From positions 736,001 through 800,000 of the forward strand of contig OY843592.1 in NCBI GenBank assembly GCA_963692865.2: a stretch of 64,000 bases of DNA, read 5' to 3'. This DNA comes from a bacterium. Its GTDB lineage: Bacteria; UBA8248. The position numbers and the translations under genes are program-made. Shown here piece by piece: positions 10,831 to 21,015 of this stretch. Positions within the stretch are counted from its first letter, which is position 1. Each line of letters opens with the position of its first letter. The notes beneath the pieces are model-generated. The model was not told the DNA's origin. It was given only the letters and a program-made list of their open reading frames with translations, and ran no database searches.

Positions 10831-11733
10831 TCAAACCTCCCCAAAGCACATCGCCGTCTGGACGTGGATGTCCACGGTGTCCGCGGGGTTCACGGAGTAG
10901 CCCCCGCCGAGCGTTCCCGCGACCGGAATCCCGCGCGCACGGCATTCTGCGAGTATGTAAGCGTCGCGCCGCTTGAGGCCTTCTTTCGAGAGCTTGAGCG
11001 TTCCGAGCTGATCCCCGGCATAGGGGTCCGCCCCCGCCTGGTACATCACCAAGTCGGGCTTGTGTTCATCGAGAACCTTCGGGATGTGCTTTTCGAGATG
11101 CGGCAGGTATTCGTCTTCCGTCGCGAGGTCGTAGAGGCCGATGTCCAGATCGCTTCTTTTCTTTTGCGGGTAGATGTTCTCCTGGTGGATGGAGAACGTG
11201 AACACCGCCTCCTCGCGCCTGAAGATGACGGCGGTGCCGTTTCCCTGGTGCAGGTCGCAGTCGATAATGGCAGCTCGCTCGATGACGCCCTCTTTCATGA
11301 GGACGCGCACGGCGACCGCAAGGTCGTTCACGTAGCAGAACCCCTCGGCCTGATCGGCGAAGGCGTGGTGGAAGCCCCCGGTGAGGTTGAGCGCGCGGCC
11401 CCTTTCGAGCGCCTCGCGCGCGGCGAGAACCGTGCCGCCCGTCGCGAGAAAGCTCGCGTCCACGATCTGCTTGCTGATGGGGAGTTCGCTCGGCGCCGTG
11501 CGCGCGGTATGGACGCCCGAGCGCAGGTCCGCCAGATATTCCTGCGTGTGGACGAGGGCCAGTTCCTCTTCGCCCGCCATGCGCGGCGCGAGAAAGGCGC
11601 TCTCGGGCAGCCCGGCCTCTCTGAGTTTGGCGTGGGTTTTCTGGTATTTCCCGGCCTGCAGGACGTGCCGGCCGATGTAGGCGTAATAGCCTTCGTGAAA
11701 GATGAAAACGCAGTGCTCGGGAGGCGCTCTCAT
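10831..11733 (-). CDS. Histone deacetylase-family (Zn-dependent) deacylase
   Basis: GGFHHA, GFCYVND, DCDLHQGNGT, QAGADP, LGGGY. Confidence 0.93.
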   Translation of the reverse strand: MRAPPEHCVFIFHEGYYAYIGRHVLQAGKYQKTHAKLREAGLPESAFLAPRMAGEEELALVHTQEYLADLRSGVHTARTAPSELPISKQIVDASFLATGGTVLAAREALERGRALNLTGGFHHAFADQAEGFCYVNDLAVAVRVLMKEGVIERAAIIDCDLHQGNGTAVIFRREEAVFTFSIHQENIYPQKKRSDLDIGLYDLATEDEYLPHLEKHIPKVLDEHKPDLVMYQAGADPYAGDQLGTLKLSKEGLKRRDAYILAECRARGIPVAGTLGGGYSVNPADTVDIHVQTAMCFGEV

Positions 11734-11740
11734 CGCGGGG

Positions 11741-12940
11741 CTAGATGACGCCCTTGTCTCTTAAGCCGGCGATGGCCGAGGCGTCGTAGCCGATTCCCTC
11801 CAGCACCTCGTCGGTGTGCTTGCCCATCGGCGGCCCCGCCCAGCGGATCGTGCCCGGCGAGCCGTTCAGCCTGGGGATGACGTTCTGCATCCTGATGGGG
11901 CCGAGCTCCTCATCCTCCACGGTGGTGATGGTCTCGCGCGCCTGCACTTGGGGGTCCGCCATGAACTGGGCCACGTCGTAGATGGGACCCAGCGCGCATT
12001 CGTGCGCCTCGAAGTGGGCGATCGTCTCATCGAGCGTGCGCTCGCCTATCCAGCCCTGGATGGCGTCGTCGAGCTCATTCATGTGCTCCACCCGGCCCGC
12101 CTGGGTGATCATCCGGGGGTCGTCGCCCAGGTCCTCGCGCCCCACGGCGCGCATGACGCGCTTGAAGATGTTCTCCGCACTCGCCGATATCACGACGTAG
12201 CGCCCGTCCTTGCAGCGGTAGGCGTTTCTGGGCGCGGCGAAGGGAATGGCGTTTCCGGTGCGGGTCTGGACGTAGCCGAGCTGGTCGTATTCGAGCGGCT
12301 GGGGGCCCAGCACCATGGTGATGGGCTCGTAGATGGCGATGTCGATCTCCTGGCCGGGCGCGTCGTGCACGTCTCGGTGGTAGAGCGCCATCATCACGGC
12401 GTAGGTGCCGCACAGCGCGCTGATGCCGTCGGCCAGGGCGAAGGGCGGCAGCGTGGGCGGCCCGTCGGGAAAACCCGTGATGTGCGCGAAGCCGCTCATC
12501 GCCTCCGCCAGCGTGCCGAAGCCGGGCCTTTGCGCGTAGGGGCCCTTTTGCCCGAAACCGCTCGTCCGCGCGAGGATGAGCTTGGGGTTCAAGGCATGGA
12601 GGCTCTCCCAGGAAAGGCCCCATCTTTCCATCGTGCCGGGGCGGAAGTTCTCCACCAGGACGTCCGCGCTCTCGCACAGCCTGCGGAGGATATCCTGCCC
12701 CTCGGGCGAGGAGATGTTGCAGGTGATGGACTTCTTGTTGCGGCTCGCGAGCTTCCACCAGAGCGAGACGCCGTCTTTCTGGGAGGCGAAGTTTCTCAAG
12801 GAATCGCCGCGCGGGTGCTCGATCTTGATCACCTCGGCGCCGAAATCCGCCATGTAGGTGGCAATCCAGGGGCCGGCGAAGAGGGTTCCGATGTCGATGA
12901 CCCGCACGCCCTCGAGCGGCATTTTTTTGGTTTCGTTCAT
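11741..12940 (-). CDS. CaiB/BaiF family III CoA transferase
   Basis: PLEGVRVID, DFGAEVIKIE, RNKKS, ENFRPGTMERWGL. Confidence 0.93.
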   Translation of the reverse strand: MNETKKMPLEGVRVIDIGTLFAGPWIATYMADFGAEVIKIEHPRGDSLRNFASQKDGVSLWWKLASRNKKSITCNISSPEGQDILRRLCESADVLVENFRPGTMERWGLSWESLHALNPKLILARTSGFGQKGPYAQRPGFGTLAEAMSGFAHITGFPDGPPTLPPFALADGISALCGTYAVMMALYHRDVHDAPGQEIDIAIYEPITMVLGPQPLEYDQLGYVQTRTGNAIPFAAPRNAYRCKDGRYVVISASAENIFKRVMRAVGREDLGDDPRMITQAGRVEHMNELDDAIQGWIGERTLDETIAHFEAHECALGPIYDVAQFMADPQVQARETITTVEDEELGPIRMQNVIPRLNGSPGTIRWAGPPMGKHTDEVLEGIGYDASAIAGLRDKGVI

Positions 12941-13178
12941 GGAATCGGCGCTTCCTTGGGTTCGGGGGCCGACGCCTTACGGCCCCGGACGGGTTCACGA
13001 AACGCGTTTCGCGGGACGCCCCGATGGTAGCAAAGCGCGGATGCCCCGGCAACGATTTGCGGGGATTCTCATCAACGTCCTTGTCGTTTGTTGGCAATGG
13101 ACTTGGGCTTCCGATATTGGGATAATCGGGAGAGTCGAGAGGCTCCTTTCCGGGCCTTGCCGCATTCGGAGGTTTCGC

Positions 13179-14291
13179 ATGAAGTCTATTCTCATCGCCG
13201 TAATGTTCGCGTTTCTGTTTCTGGCCCCCGCGCACCTCGGCGCGCCCGCGCGCACCTCGGACGGTCTGGTTCTGGCGACACAGGACGCCGAGGCGAGGCG
13301 CTTCGGCGGCTTTCGCTCCTTTGGCTTCCGCGGCTCGCGCGGGTTCGGCAGCTTCGGGCGCAGGGGTTTCTCGAGGCGCTCGTTCGGCGCTCGCCCCCGG
13401 GCGCGCAGCTTCTCACGCAGGCCGCTCCAGAGGTCCTCGTTCCTGGGCGGCGGATTCGGCTCGGGCCTGTTCGCGGGCATCGGCGGGTTCCTGCTGGGCG
13501 GAATGCTGGGGCGCATGATGTTCGGCGGCATGGGCGGGATGGGAATGGGGGGAGGTTTCGGGATTCTCGAGATTCTCCTGATCGGCGGGGTCATCTTCTT
13601 CATCTTCCGGATGATGCGAAACCGCGCCGCCGCCTCCTACCAGGAGCCCCGCTATTCGGGGGACCGCTACGCCGAGGCCGACCCCTACGGCGTGGGGGGC
13701 TACGAGGAGGAGCCGCGCGACACGCACGAAGCGCCCGGCAGACAAGAGAGGTCGGGCGGCGTGTACCGCGGCCCGGACATCGGCGCGGCGGGCGGCGCGA
13801 CCCGTTCGGCAAGCGGCTCCGGCGATAGCCCGCGCCGCGATTCGGCGAGCGATGCCGCGCTGCGGCAGATGGCCGAAGGCGACGCTTCTTTCTCGGAGCA
13901 GGCATTCATCGGTCTGGCGAAGGAGAACTTCATCCGCTTCCAGAACGCCTGGACGGCGCGCGATCTCTCCCCCCTGCGCGACCTGATGGACAAGGAGATT
14001 TACGGCGAGGTCCAGCGCGACATCGAGGGCTTGAGGAGCGAGGGGAAGATCAACAAGCTCGACGACGTGGACGTCAAGAGCGCCGAGATCGTCGAGGCCT
14101 GGAGCGAGGAGGGCTTCGAGTTCATCACCGTGCGCTACGAGGCGAGCCTTTGCGACTACGTGGTGGACGAGCGGAGCGGGGATCTAATCGAGGGCAGCCG
14201 CACGCAGCGCGTGAATTTCGCGGAGCACTGGACGTGGGCGCGGCCCGAGGGGCCGAACCAGTGGTTCCTCTCCGCCATCGAGCAGGCGTGA
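13179..14291 (+). CDS. Tim44-like domain membrane protein with Gly/Arg-rich N-terminus
   Basis: GGAGG RBS, signal-like N-terminus, Gly-rich TM segment, C-terminal Tim44-type pattern (FSEQAFI...FQNAW...EHWTWAR...WFLSAIEQ). Confidence 0.85.
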   Translation: MKSILIAVMFAFLFLAPAHLGAPARTSDGLVLATQDAEARRFGGFRSFGFRGSRGFGSFGRRGFSRRSFGARPRARSFSRRPLQRSSFLGGGFGSGLFAGIGGFLLGGMLGRMMFGGMGGMGMGGGFGILEILLIGGVIFFIFRMMRNRAAASYQEPRYSGDRYAEADPYGVGGYEEEPRDTHEAPGRQERSGGVYRGPDIGAAGGATRSASGSGDSPRRDSASDAALRQMAEGDASFSEQAFIGLAKENFIRFQNAWTARDLSPLRDLMDKEIYGEVQRDIEGLRSEGKINKLDDVDVKSAEIVEAWSEEGFEFITVRYEASLCDYVVDERSGDLIEGSRTQRVNFAEHWTWARPEGPNQWFLSAIEQA

Positions 14292-14304
14292 ATCCGGGAA
14301 AATC

Positions 14305-14667
14305 CTAAGGCGCGGAGACCTCCTCCTCATCGGGGGAGGAAGCTTCTTCCTCCTCCTCGCCGTAGCGCCTCCCGCCTTCCAGATCCTTGAGCGACCACCA
14401 GAAGTAGATGATGCTGCCCATGATGGCCGCCATGACCAAGGCGAAACCCGCCACGAAATACGGGGGCAACAGGGAGCGATAGGTGTAGGGCGGAGCGTTT
14501 GCGCCCGGCGCGGCGGCGGGCGCTTTCGGCGCGGGGGCCTTCGCCTGCGTCATGGCCTGTTCGGCCTGGAACGCCGTGTAGCCCCAATAGATCATCCCGC
14601 CCAGGAGCGCGAGAATCAGGATGGTGCATACGGGCCATTTGAGGCCGGCTTTTTTCGTCTCGCTCAA
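14305..14667 (-). CDS. Hypothetical two-TM membrane protein
   Basis: Two hydrophobic helices and an acidic tail; start overlaps the stop of the upstream LLM gene. Confidence 0.7.
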   Translation of the reverse strand: MSETKKAGLKWPVCTILILALLGGMIYWGYTAFQAEQAMTQAKAPAPKAPAAAPGANAPPYTYRSLLPPYFVAGFALVMAAIMGSIIYFWWSLKDLEGGRRYGEEEEEASSPDEEEVSAP

Positions 14668-15614
14668 TTTCTCACCTCGGGTATCACCTCTTCCGCCAGA
14701 AGCGCCATCTGATCCATCTCCTCATCCGCGGGACCCGCGTGCTTGAAGATGAAGTGCGTTGCGCCCGCCTCCTGAAACGCCGCTATCTGCTCCAGGCAGC
14801 GCTCGCGCGGCCCATAGAATAAATACTTTTGGGCGATGCCGTCAAAATCCATGTTGTAGCGCCTCGAGAGATTCCTGATGCCCTCGCGCAGGGCGTGTTC
14901 CTCATCTTCATGAACGTAGATGAACGCGTGGTGCGCGGGCGTCCACGCGCCGCCTTCGATGTCGAGAGGCCTGCCCGCCGCCTCCGCCCATCGTTTCATG
15001 TCTTCCAGCCCCTTGGCGAAGCGCGGCGCCGAGAACATGTAGGAGAGGTAGCCCTCGCACGTGAGCGCCGCTCTTTTGCGGGCGGCGTCGCTGCGGCCCC
15101 CCACCCAGATGGGCGGCCCGCCGGGCGTCAGCGGGGCGGGCGTCTGGCGCGCGTCCTCGAAACGCCAGAAGCGACCCTCGTGGCTCACGGCCTCGCCGCT
15201 CCAGAGTTTTCGCACGATTTCGATGGACTCGTCCGTCCGCGCGCCGCGCTCATTGACGGGCACGCCGCAAAGCTCGAACTCGGTCTTTCCCTCGCCCCCC
15301 ACGCCGACGCCGAAGACGAAGCGCCCGCCGCCCGTCAGATAGTCCACCGTGGCCGCGGTCTTGGCGGCGATGGCGGGGCGTCTCAGCGGCAGGAGGTAGA
15401 CGCCCGTCCCCAGTGTGATGCGGCCGGTGCGGGCCGCGAAGGCGGCCAGCGTGGTGAGGCTCTCGGTGTAGTGGCCGTAGAAGGAGACGTGATCGCCTAT
15501 CCACAGGGAATCATATCCCAGCGCTTCGGCGGATTCGGCGAACGCATACGTTTCCTCGGGCGTGTAGATGCGCTCGGGGTGCATGCCGAAGCTGACGCCG
15601 AATTTCGTCTTCAT
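14664..15614 (-). CDS. LLM-class flavin-dependent oxidoreductase
   Basis: GYDSLWIGDH, TGRITLGTGV, GRFVFGVGVG, GPPIWVGG. Confidence 0.92.
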   Translation of the reverse strand: MKTKFGVSFGMHPERIYTPEETYAFAESAEALGYDSLWIGDHVSFYGHYTESLTTLAAFAARTGRITLGTGVYLLPLRRPAIAAKTAATVDYLTGGGRFVFGVGVGGEGKTEFELCGVPVNERGARTDESIEIVRKLWSGEAVSHEGRFWRFEDARQTPAPLTPGGPPIWVGGRSDAARKRAALTCEGYLSYMFSAPRFAKGLEDMKRWAEAAGRPLDIEGGAWTPAHHAFIYVHEDEEHALREGIRNLSRRYNMDFDGIAQKYLFYGPRERCLEQIAAFQEAGATHFIFKHAGPADEEMDQMALLAEEVIPEVRN

Positions 15615-15823
15615 CCCTGGCTTCCTCGTTCCTGAGATTGATCGCAGCCCATACGGCCCCGTGAATAATGCTGTGGAAACTAGAGCACCCGCCCGCCCCG
15701 GTCAACTCACCCGCCCGAAAAGCCGGAGCGGGAGTGAATATTTAATACGACATCCACCAGTAGGGGGGGGTCGCGAACCGCCACTACTGCTACGGCGACC
15801 AACGTGAGAGCAAGAACCACTTC

Positions 15824-16120
15824 CCCCTTGAGGGGGTTGTTGAAAAAGTTCTCCTCGCTCGGAATTGGCCACCGCCGTCATTCCGGCGAAAGCCGGAATC
15901 CATTTTCAAGCAGAATGACAATGCTCCGGCTTTTCATCTCCCCGTCATTGGTGAGAACCAATTAGAAAAAACAAAGGCAAAGTCAAAATGGATTCCGGCT
16001 TTCGCCGGAATGACGAACAAAACCCCGCCAACTCTTGTAAGGACAGGTCGCGACCTGTCCCTAGAAACCACCTACTTGCAGGCTCCCCTTAAGGGCTTTT
16101 TCAACAACCCCCTCAAGGGG
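15824..16120. mobile_element. Composite MITE-like element with 25-bp perfect terminal inverted repeats and nested palindromic modules
   Basis: CCCCTTGAGGGGGTTGTTGAAAAAG (15824-15848) is the exact reverse complement of 16096-16120. Inside is a 31-bp inverted pair CGTCATTCCGGCGAAAGCCGGAATCCATTTT (15876-15906 / 15985-16015) and a GTAAGGACAGGTCGCGACCTGTCCCT palindrome. No transposase ORF. Confidence 0.8.
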
Positions 16121-16330
16121 TGAGTGATTATTTTGCGCTCCGGAAGAGGGGAATGCCGTCTCCTGCCTCCCCGGCAAGCTAACCCGCCCGAATCGCCGAA
16201 ACGCGCGAGCGGGGGCTTCGCAAATTGTTTATTGTTCCGGTTTTGTTTTGACAGCCTCGATGCGCGACCTTAATATCCCCCTCGCCGCTGTTCTCATCGT
16301 TTCGTGTCGTTTTCCTGAAAGGGGTTTTCC

Positions 16331-17644
16331 GTGGTCGAGGTAAGGGCGTTTCGCGCGCTGAGGTATTCGAACGTCGCACCCGAAGAGATGGGAGAGGTCT
16401 CCTCCCCGCCTTATGACGTCTTTACGCCCGATATGAGACGCGCGTTTTACGAGCGACACCCCCTGAACATCGTGCGGCTGATTCAGGGCGAGATCCTGGA
16501 TGGCGAGGACGGGGACGCGGGCCGCGTGGGCCGCGCGGTCGAGCATCTCGAAAACTGGCGCGCGAGCGGAGCGATGGCGCTGGACGATACGCCCGCGCTC
16601 TACCCCTACCGCCAGCGCTTCTATCTTCCCGATGGAACGCGCCTGGAGCGGAACGCGTTTTTCGCAGTGGTGAAGCTCGAACCCTACGGCGCGGGCGAAA
16701 TCCACCCCCATGAGCAGACCTTCCCCAAGCCCAAGGGCTACCTGTTCGACCTGTGGGGGCGGAGCGGCGCGCACCTGGGGCCGATCTTCGGCTTCTACGA
16801 CGAATCCCGGGAAACGGCGAACAGGGCCCTCAAGAGCGCGGACAAGGGCGCGCCCATCGCCGATTTCGAGGACGACGGCGTGCGCCACACGCTGTGGCGG
16901 TGCGATGACGCGCAAGTCATCGCGCTCGCGCAGGAATCGCTCCAGGACAAGGAGGTGTTCATCGCCGACGGCCACCACCGCTACGAAACCTCCCTGGACT
17001 TGCGGGACGCCGCCCGCTTGGGGGGCGCTCCCGAAGGCGCTGAGGCGGATTACACGCTCATGTGCCTCGCCAACGTCGCGGACCCGGGCATGGTGATTCT
17101 GCCCACCTACAGACTCCTCAAGAAAGTTTCCGCAACGACCGAAGAAGCCCTCGCGGCCCTCGCCGGGAAATACGACATCGTGGAAGAGGCCGCGCCCGAG
17201 GCGGGCGCCGGCAGTCGGGTAGCGGAGCGTCTGGCGGCGTTATCCGGAGAAAACGGGGGAGCAAGCGTGTTTTGTCTCTATGACGGCGGAGCGAGCGTCC
17301 GCTATCTCATCGGCAGGCATAGCGGCGATGCCGCCTCCGTGGATGAGGCTGTCGCGGCGCTCGACGTGAGCCGCTTGCATAAAGATATCGTGGACGGCGC
17401 GTACGGCGCGTCTCACGAGGAAGGAGACATCGCTTTCACGCCCGATCCGGAGTTTGCGCTCTCCTGCGCCAGGAGCGGGGAGTGCGCGGCGGCCATTTTG
17501 CTGAACCCCACGCCCCTCGAATCGGTATGCAATATCGCCAAGGCGGGCGGCAAGATGCCGCACAAGTCCACCTATTTCTATCCCAAGATACGCACCGGCC
17601 TCGTCGTTCACGCATTCGCTCCCCCGGCGGGGGATTCGGCCTGA
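16331..17644 (+). CDS. DUF1015 family protein
   Basis: AFRALRY, PPYDV, IHPHEQT, IADGHHRYET, MPHKSTYFYPKIRTGL. Confidence 0.9.
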   Translation: MVEVRAFRALRYSNVAPEEMGEVSSPPYDVFTPDMRRAFYERHPLNIVRLIQGEILDGEDGDAGRVGRAVEHLENWRASGAMALDDTPALYPYRQRFYLPDGTRLERNAFFAVVKLEPYGAGEIHPHEQTFPKPKGYLFDLWGRSGAHLGPIFGFYDESRETANRALKSADKGAPIADFEDDGVRHTLWRCDDAQVIALAQESLQDKEVFIADGHHRYETSLDLRDAARLGGAPEGAEADYTLMCLANVADPGMVILPTYRLLKKVSATTEEALAALAGKYDIVEEAAPEAGAGSRVAERLAALSGENGGASVFCLYDGGASVRYLIGRHSGDAASVDEAVAALDVSRLHKDIVDGAYGASHEEGDIAFTPDPEFALSCARSGECAAAILLNPTPLESVCNIAKAGGKMPHKSTYFYPKIRTGLVVHAFAPPAGDSA

Positions 17645-17654
17645 CGCCCGCGGC

Positions 17655-18281
17655 ATGAGAATCCAGAACGCACGGTTCATCAAAAGCGCCGCCGAGCGGG
17701 CGGGCTGGCCGAGGGCGGATCTGCCCGAGGTCGCCTTCGCGGGAAGGAGCAACGTGGGCAAATCCTCGCTCATCAATTTTCTGACCAACCGCAAGAGTCT
17801 CGCCAAAACGAGCGCCACGCCGGGCAAGACGCAACTCGTCAATTTTTTCGGCGTCGATGATCGCTTCAACCTCGTGGACTTGCCGGGCTACGGCTACGCG
17901 CGGGTGCCGCTTGCCGAAAGGGCCCGCTGGCGGCCCATGATCGAGACCTATCTCGAACACCGGGAGACGCTCCAGGGCGTGGTGGTGCTCATCGATTCGC
18001 GCCGGGGGGCGCGGGAGATGGATTTGCACCTGCTCGAATGGCTCGCGGCGGTGAACCTGCCGGCCTGTCTGGCGCTCACGAAGGCGGACAAGCTGAAACA
18101 GAACGAGCGCAGAGGCGTTCTGGACGCGCTCGTCAAAACCATGGTTGACGGGGGAGGGCTGTACGGCCACTGGTCCGGCCCGATTCTTTGCAGCGCGAAC
18201 ACGGGGCTCGGCAAGCGGGAGATTCTTGCCCAGATGGCCGAGTGGCTGAGCGAGCCGCCCCGCGACGCGCCCGCCGCCTGA
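17655..18281 (+). CDS. engB: Ribosome biogenesis GTPase YihA/EngB
   Basis: GRSNVGKSSLIN, PGKTQLVNFF, DLPGYGYA, TKADK. Confidence 0.95.
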   Translation: MRIQNARFIKSAAERAGWPRADLPEVAFAGRSNVGKSSLINFLTNRKSLAKTSATPGKTQLVNFFGVDDRFNLVDLPGYGYARVPLAERARWRPMIETYLEHRETLQGVVVLIDSRRGAREMDLHLLEWLAAVNLPACLALTKADKLKQNERRGVLDALVKTMVDGGGLYGHWSGPILCSANTGLGKREILAQMAEWLSEPPRDAPAA

Positions 18282-18403
18282 GTTCTGAGGGGAGGTTTCT
18301 CGCAGCATGCGCGCATATCTGCTAGAGTGGGCAATCGACCGCCTGAAAGAGCGTTCCGACAAAAAAACAGCGCCCTTGCGCAACGAATCTAAAGAGGACG
18401 AGC

Positions 18404-19408
18404 GTGCCGGAGAAGAAAAAAGCGGCTCCCAGGGCAACCGCGAAAAAGAAAGCGGCGAAGCCAAAAGCTGACGTGCGCGGCTGGGCGCCGGGGGTTCCGC
18501 AAGAAAAACCGAAGGGCAGGACCTATGACGGCCCCCTGAACGTGAACGCGAAGCCCAGGCGGGCGGACAGGATTTTCTTCGGCACGGGCGGCGTCCCGCA
18601 TTCGGCCAAGCCGCAGACCCACCCGGCGGCGGTGCGCAGGCTTCATGAGTTGGGCCTCGGCGTCTACGAGATGGAGTTCGTCCACGGCGTACGCATCAGG
18701 GAGGAGACCTGCGATGAGGTGAGGGCCGCCCAGGCGGAGACGGGCGTTCAGGTCACCGCGCACGGCCCCTATTACGTGAACCTTTATTCGCTGGAAGAAG
18801 AAAAGGTGGCGGCGAGCCGAAAGCGCGTGCTCGACACCGCGCGCGCCCTGGCGAAATGCGGGGGCGACGGCGCGTGCTTTCACCCGGGTTTTTACCAGAA
18901 ACGAGACCCCAGGGAGGTCTACGACTTCATCTGCAACCAGATAGGAGAACTCGCCGACATCCTGGAGGATGAGGGTTGTCCGGTTCGCCTTGATCCGGAG
19001 ACGACGGGCAAGGGCACCCAGTTCGGTTCGCTCGAGGAAATCGCCGATATGGGCGGCACGCTCAAGGATAAGAACGTCGGCTTCACGATAGATTTTGCGC
19101 ACATCCATGCGCGCTCGGCGGGGGCGCACAACACGTACGATGAGTTCGGCGCGCAATTGGAACTCCTCAAGAACAAGATGGGCGACGACGTTCTCAAGAC
19201 CATGCACATTCACCTCTCGGGCATCGCGTATTCGGACAAGGGCGAGGCGCATCATTTGGAGCTCGACGAGTCGGACATGAATTACAAGGACTTGTTCCGC
19301 GCGCTCATCGATTTCGGCGCCGAAGGCAGGGTGGTGTGCGAGAGTCCGGCGCTCGAATACGACGCGCTCATCATGCAGCGAGCATACAGAAAGCTGAACG
19401 GCGGCTAG
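18404..19408 (+). CDS. nfo: Endonuclease IV-family TIM-barrel protein
   Basis: HGPYYVNL, FHPGFY, ETTGKGTQFGSLEE, DFAHIHAR, HIHLSG metal-binding motifs. Confidence 0.8.
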   Translation: MPEKKKAAPRATAKKKAAKPKADVRGWAPGVPQEKPKGRTYDGPLNVNAKPRRADRIFFGTGGVPHSAKPQTHPAAVRRLHELGLGVYEMEFVHGVRIREETCDEVRAAQAETGVQVTAHGPYYVNLYSLEEEKVAASRKRVLDTARALAKCGGDGACFHPGFYQKRDPREVYDFICNQIGELADILEDEGCPVRLDPETTGKGTQFGSLEEIADMGGTLKDKNVGFTIDFAHIHARSAGAHNTYDEFGAQLELLKNKMGDDVLKTMHIHLSGIAYSDKGEAHHLELDESDMNYKDLFRALIDFGAEGRVVCESPALEYDALIMQRAYRKLNGG

Positions 19409-19494
19409 CCCGCGCGCATCCTCTCTCGCGGGGATTCGGTGCATGCCGGGCGAGTGAATTCCCTTACAATCCGGTTCGAAGAAGGAAAGACGAC

Positions 19495-20865
19495 ATGACG
19501 ATTGTGGAGCAAATGGCGGCGTTTGCCGCGAACAGCAGTTTCGATGACCTCACCGACGAGATGCGCACCCAGATGAAGACCCTCATGGTCGACACCATCG
19601 GGTGCGCCATCGGCTCGCTGGGCGAAGGCCCCGTCCGCTACCTGCGCGAGCAGGCGGATGATTTCGGCGGCGCGCCGCATTGCACGCTCATCGGCGGCGG
19701 CAAGAGCGCGCCCGACGCCGCGGCCTTCTACAACACCTCGCTCATCCGCTATCTCGATTTCAACGACGGCTTCATGGGCAAGCTCGCCACCTCGCATCCG
19801 AGTGACAACACGGGCGCCGTGATGGCGGCGGCCGAATACGCCGACGCGAGCGGAGCGGACTTCATGACGGCGCTCGCCCTCTCGTATGAGGTGCAGTGCC
19901 GTCTCTGCGACAGCGCCCCCTATGAGAAAAGAGGCTTCGACCAGCCCATGGCCGGCGCCTACGCCGTGGCGGCGGGCGCCTCGCGCGCCCTGGGGCTGGA
20001 CGCGGAGAAGACGGCCAACGCCGTCGCGATCAGCGGCGTGCGCCAGAACCCCCTGCTCATCACGCGCACGGGCGAGCTCTCCCACTGGAAGGGCTTCGCC
20101 TATGCGGCGGGCTGCCACACCGGGGTGCACTCGACGTTTCTCGCCATGCGCGGGGTGACGGGGCAGCTCCTGCTGATGGAAGGCCCCCTGGGCGTTTTCG
20201 AGTCCGTGACGGGAGAGTTCGAGGTCGACTGGTCGGACACTTCCTTGAGCAAGATGCTCGAGATCAGCGTGAAGCGCTACAACGCGGGCCTTCACTCCCA
20301 GACGGCCATCGAGGGCGTCATCGGCATGAAGCGCGCGCACGGCTTCCGTCCCGAGGAGGTCGAGGACGTCGAGATCGGGATCTACGAGCGCGCCTACTTC
20401 ATCATGGGCGGGGGCAAGGCGGGCGCGCGCGAGCACGTGCTGAACAAGGAGACGGCGGACCACAGCCTCCCCTACGTGCTCGCAGCCGCCATCATCGACG
20501 AGCAGGTGCTGCCCGCCCAGTACGAGGAGGCGAGAATCCGCGCGGACGACGTGCAGGCGCTGCTCAAAAAAGTGCGCACCACCAACTCCGATGAGATGAC
20601 GGCCAGGTATCCCGCCCAATCGCCCGTACTCATCACCATCACGCTCAAGGACGGGAGCGTCCACAAGCTGGACAAGCCCGCCTGGGAGGGGCATTTCTCG
20701 ACCCCGATGAGCTGGGCGACGGTGAACGAGAAGTTCGAGGCATTGAGCGAGGCGCACGCGGACGCCTCGTTGCGCGGGGAGATCGTGGACGCCGTATCGA
20801 GGCTCGATTCGATACGGATCAAGGAGCTGACGGCCCTGCTCGAGCGGGTGAACACGCCGAAGTAG
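19495..20865 (+). CDS. MmgE/PrpD family protein (2-methylcitrate dehydratase-like)
   Basis: RYLDFNDG...HPSDN, RTGELSHWKG, KETADHSLPY. Confidence 0.9.
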   Translation: MTIVEQMAAFAANSSFDDLTDEMRTQMKTLMVDTIGCAIGSLGEGPVRYLREQADDFGGAPHCTLIGGGKSAPDAAAFYNTSLIRYLDFNDGFMGKLATSHPSDNTGAVMAAAEYADASGADFMTALALSYEVQCRLCDSAPYEKRGFDQPMAGAYAVAAGASRALGLDAEKTANAVAISGVRQNPLLITRTGELSHWKGFAYAAGCHTGVHSTFLAMRGVTGQLLLMEGPLGVFESVTGEFEVDWSDTSLSKMLEISVKRYNAGLHSQTAIEGVIGMKRAHGFRPEEVEDVEIGIYERAYFIMGGGKAGAREHVLNKETADHSLPYVLAAAIIDEQVLPAQYEEARIRADDVQALLKKVRTTNSDEMTARYPAQSPVLITITLKDGSVHKLDKPAWEGHFSTPMSWATVNEKFEALSEAHADASLRGEIVDAVSRLDSIRIKELTALLERVNTPK

Positions 20866-20867
20866 GC

Positions 20868-20948
20868 GGCTGTTGAATAAGTCCTGGTTTCGTGATTTGG
20901 TGTATGCAGGTGGCCGACGAGACAGGAGACGATACTCCCCCTTGAGGG
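20868..20948 (+). repeat. Left-end copy of the local MITE/repeat family
   Basis: GGCTGTTGAATAAGTCCTGGTTTCGTGATTTGGTGTATG...GACGAGACAG...CTCCCCCTTGAGGG resembles 43095-43175 and 29183-29225. Confidence 0.7.
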
Positions 20949-21015
20949 TCGGGCATCCCGAGGGAAATGCTCAGATGAGCAAAAAGCCTTCGAACCTTCC
21001 AAAAGTGGGTGGAAT

